Assembly: GCF_009834535.1 (NCBI RefSeq)
Contig: NC_045696.1
Span: forward strand, 4,032,001-4,096,000
Reading direction: 5' to 3'
DNA from: Camelus ferus
Taxonomy: Eukaryota
Length of the DNA: 64,000 nucleotides
Shown: positions 62,601-64,000 of the stretch, one piece after another
Layout: the number at the start of each line of letters is the position of its first letter
How positions within the stretch are numbered: the stretch's first letter is position 1
The notes under the pieces: model-generated
Database searches by the model: none
What the model was told of the DNA's origin: nothing
Seen by the model: only the letters and a program-made list of their open reading frames with translations
Made by a program: the position numbers and the translations under genes

Positions 62601-64000
62601 GACCCTCTTCCCAGCTGCCACCTCTTTCTTCTTTTTTTTCCCCTTTATAATTATTTGATTACATCAGAAAGGCAAAACAGTTTTGAACTCTACACACAGT
62701 TAATTTTTTTATAAAAGAAAACTTCGGGTCTTATCGCTCTGTGATCTAAACTTCTTCAGAAAGACTGTGTGTGAGAAACTCACAAATTAATGACATCAGA
62801 CAAGAAATTCGCTTACAGAAACCACTAGAAGGAAACTAACACAGGCCCAGCGATGCCTACTGACACGAGGAGAGGACCCAGGTACTAAGGGCAGCTTGGG
62901 ACACCCAGCCCGCCTCCCCGTCCACTGCAGACCCCGCCGTGCAGGGCCTGTGGGAGCCACCCTCCAGGGGGTCCTTCCCAGAGACCAGCCCGTGAAACCC
63001 CTGGTCCCAGGGATGCTTTGTGGCTTGCAGGCGGCCGGCCTCTGGCTGCAGAGCGAGGCTGGCCCAACGGTGCTTACCAGCTGCCTCTGGGAAGGGCGAC
63101 CCCCGACAGCGCCTCCAGCACGGAGCTCTTGCCCGAGCTCTGGTCCCCGATGACGGCGATGGCGGGCAGGGCCAGGTCCTGCTCCACGCCCAGGGCCCGC
63201 AGGGAGTCGACGAGGTCGATGCAGGGCCGAACCCTCTCCTCGTACGGGCTGAACAGGCTGTTTTCGGGCCCCTGGGGGAGGCATGACAGACTTCACAGTC
63301 GTGGCCTCTGACAGGGCTCCCACCTGCCGTTGGGAATCTGTGGCCGAGCTGACGCAGCTACAGGTGATGGGTTACAGACAGGAGGGTGAGCGGTGGATGG
63401 AGACGTGCCCGGGGGAGGGCCCTGTGCTCTGTTCCTGTGGAGACTCGGCTTCTGCTGCTGCGGGCGGGAGTTTGGCTGGGGCTGGAGGAGGAGGTGCCCG
63501 ACTGAGAAGGGAGAAGTTGCCGAGAGGTGGTGCTCCCTGCCAGAGGGAGGAGAGTCGGGGGCCCCGGGACTGCCGAGCTGGGGTGGGCTGGGCTGGGCTG
63601 GCCATGGTGACAGTGGCAGTCATAGCCAGGGGAACACCTCCCAGGAAGGAAGACCCCCTCACGAGGAACGGAGCCCCCAGACCCATGACCGGGAAGGCCA
63701 TTGCTGCCCAGAGACTGTCCCTGGGGCTTGTTGGAAGTGCCCAGGAGAGAGCCGTGCTGCTTGGGGGGGGGGGACCACACGTGCAGACCTGGCTGCCCTG
63801 GAGGGGGCTCCCCCATGGCCGCTCTCTGGTCCTCCTCGGCCTGGTGGCCGGGAGTGCCCTTCCTGCCCGTCCCTCCACCCGACTTGCCTTTGTGCTCTGT
63901 TGGTCTCTGTTTCCTCCTGGCTGCTGCTCACTCAAAGGGATGGGCTTGAAATCCTTGGGGAAGAAAACAGGCTCCTTCCCCCCAAACTGCCAGTTTGGGG
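47611..64000. repeat. Near-identical direct copy of 26763-43147 (about 16.4 kb)
   Basis: Starts catgcaggcgttgcttcc (= 26763) and stays colinear to the window end (= 43147); differences are mainly 1-bp indels. Confidence 0.98.
47801..64000 (-). pseudogene. MX2: Second, partial MX2 copy (exons 63888-64000 partial, 63078-63271, 61606-61743, 59395-59549, 55851-55989, 51146-51343, 47801-47879); frameshifted; probably an assembly haplotig
   Basis: Same exons as copy 1, but exon 3 is 194 nt (+1 at 63079) and exon 7 is 198 nt (TTTT to TTT at 51207-51209); cut off by the gap after exon 8. Confidence 0.7.

Noticed and set aside
47611..64000. A confirmed third Mx gene (MX2b)
   Set aside because: Abuts a 100-N gap, is nearly identical even in introns and differs mainly by 1-bp indels; not supportable without read depth.
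1..64000. CRISPR array, prokaryotic operon or defence system
   Set aside because: Spliced mammalian locus; no regularly spaced repeats or dense intronless ORFs.

Overview
Mammalian genomic DNA, most likely a camelid judging by three tRNA-Ala-derived vic-1-type SINEs. It covers the interferon-induced dynamin-like GTPase (Mx) locus. The + strand carries the last four coding exons of MX1 (2461-10309, AATAAA at 10682). The - strand carries a complete, intact 13-coding-exon MX2 CDS (43283 to 19109; 2139 nt, 712 aa), reconstructed by hand from splice sites. The two genes are convergent (tail-to-tail, about 8.8 kb stop-to-stop with no gap between them), unlike the head-to-tail human arrangement. After a 100-N gap (47511-47610), bases 47611-64000 repeat 26763-43147 almost exactly (MX2 exons 8 to 2). 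The copy has scattered 1-bp indels, two of them exonic frameshifts, plus a 31-bp indel and some substitutions, so it is most likely an uncollapsed haplotig rather than a real paralog. The rest is ordinary mammalian repeats (L1, L2, MIR, MLT1, MER21, ERV1 LTRs). I found no convincing new biological system. The best leads are the convergent MX arrangement, a MER41-like solo LTR with degenerate tandem GAS sites between the genes, a GC-AG intron in MX2, and divergent antiviral specificity surfaces (MX1 loop L4, MX2 N-terminus). Exon numbers follow the human genes. Comparisons with human sequences and repeat consensuses are from memory, not from searches.
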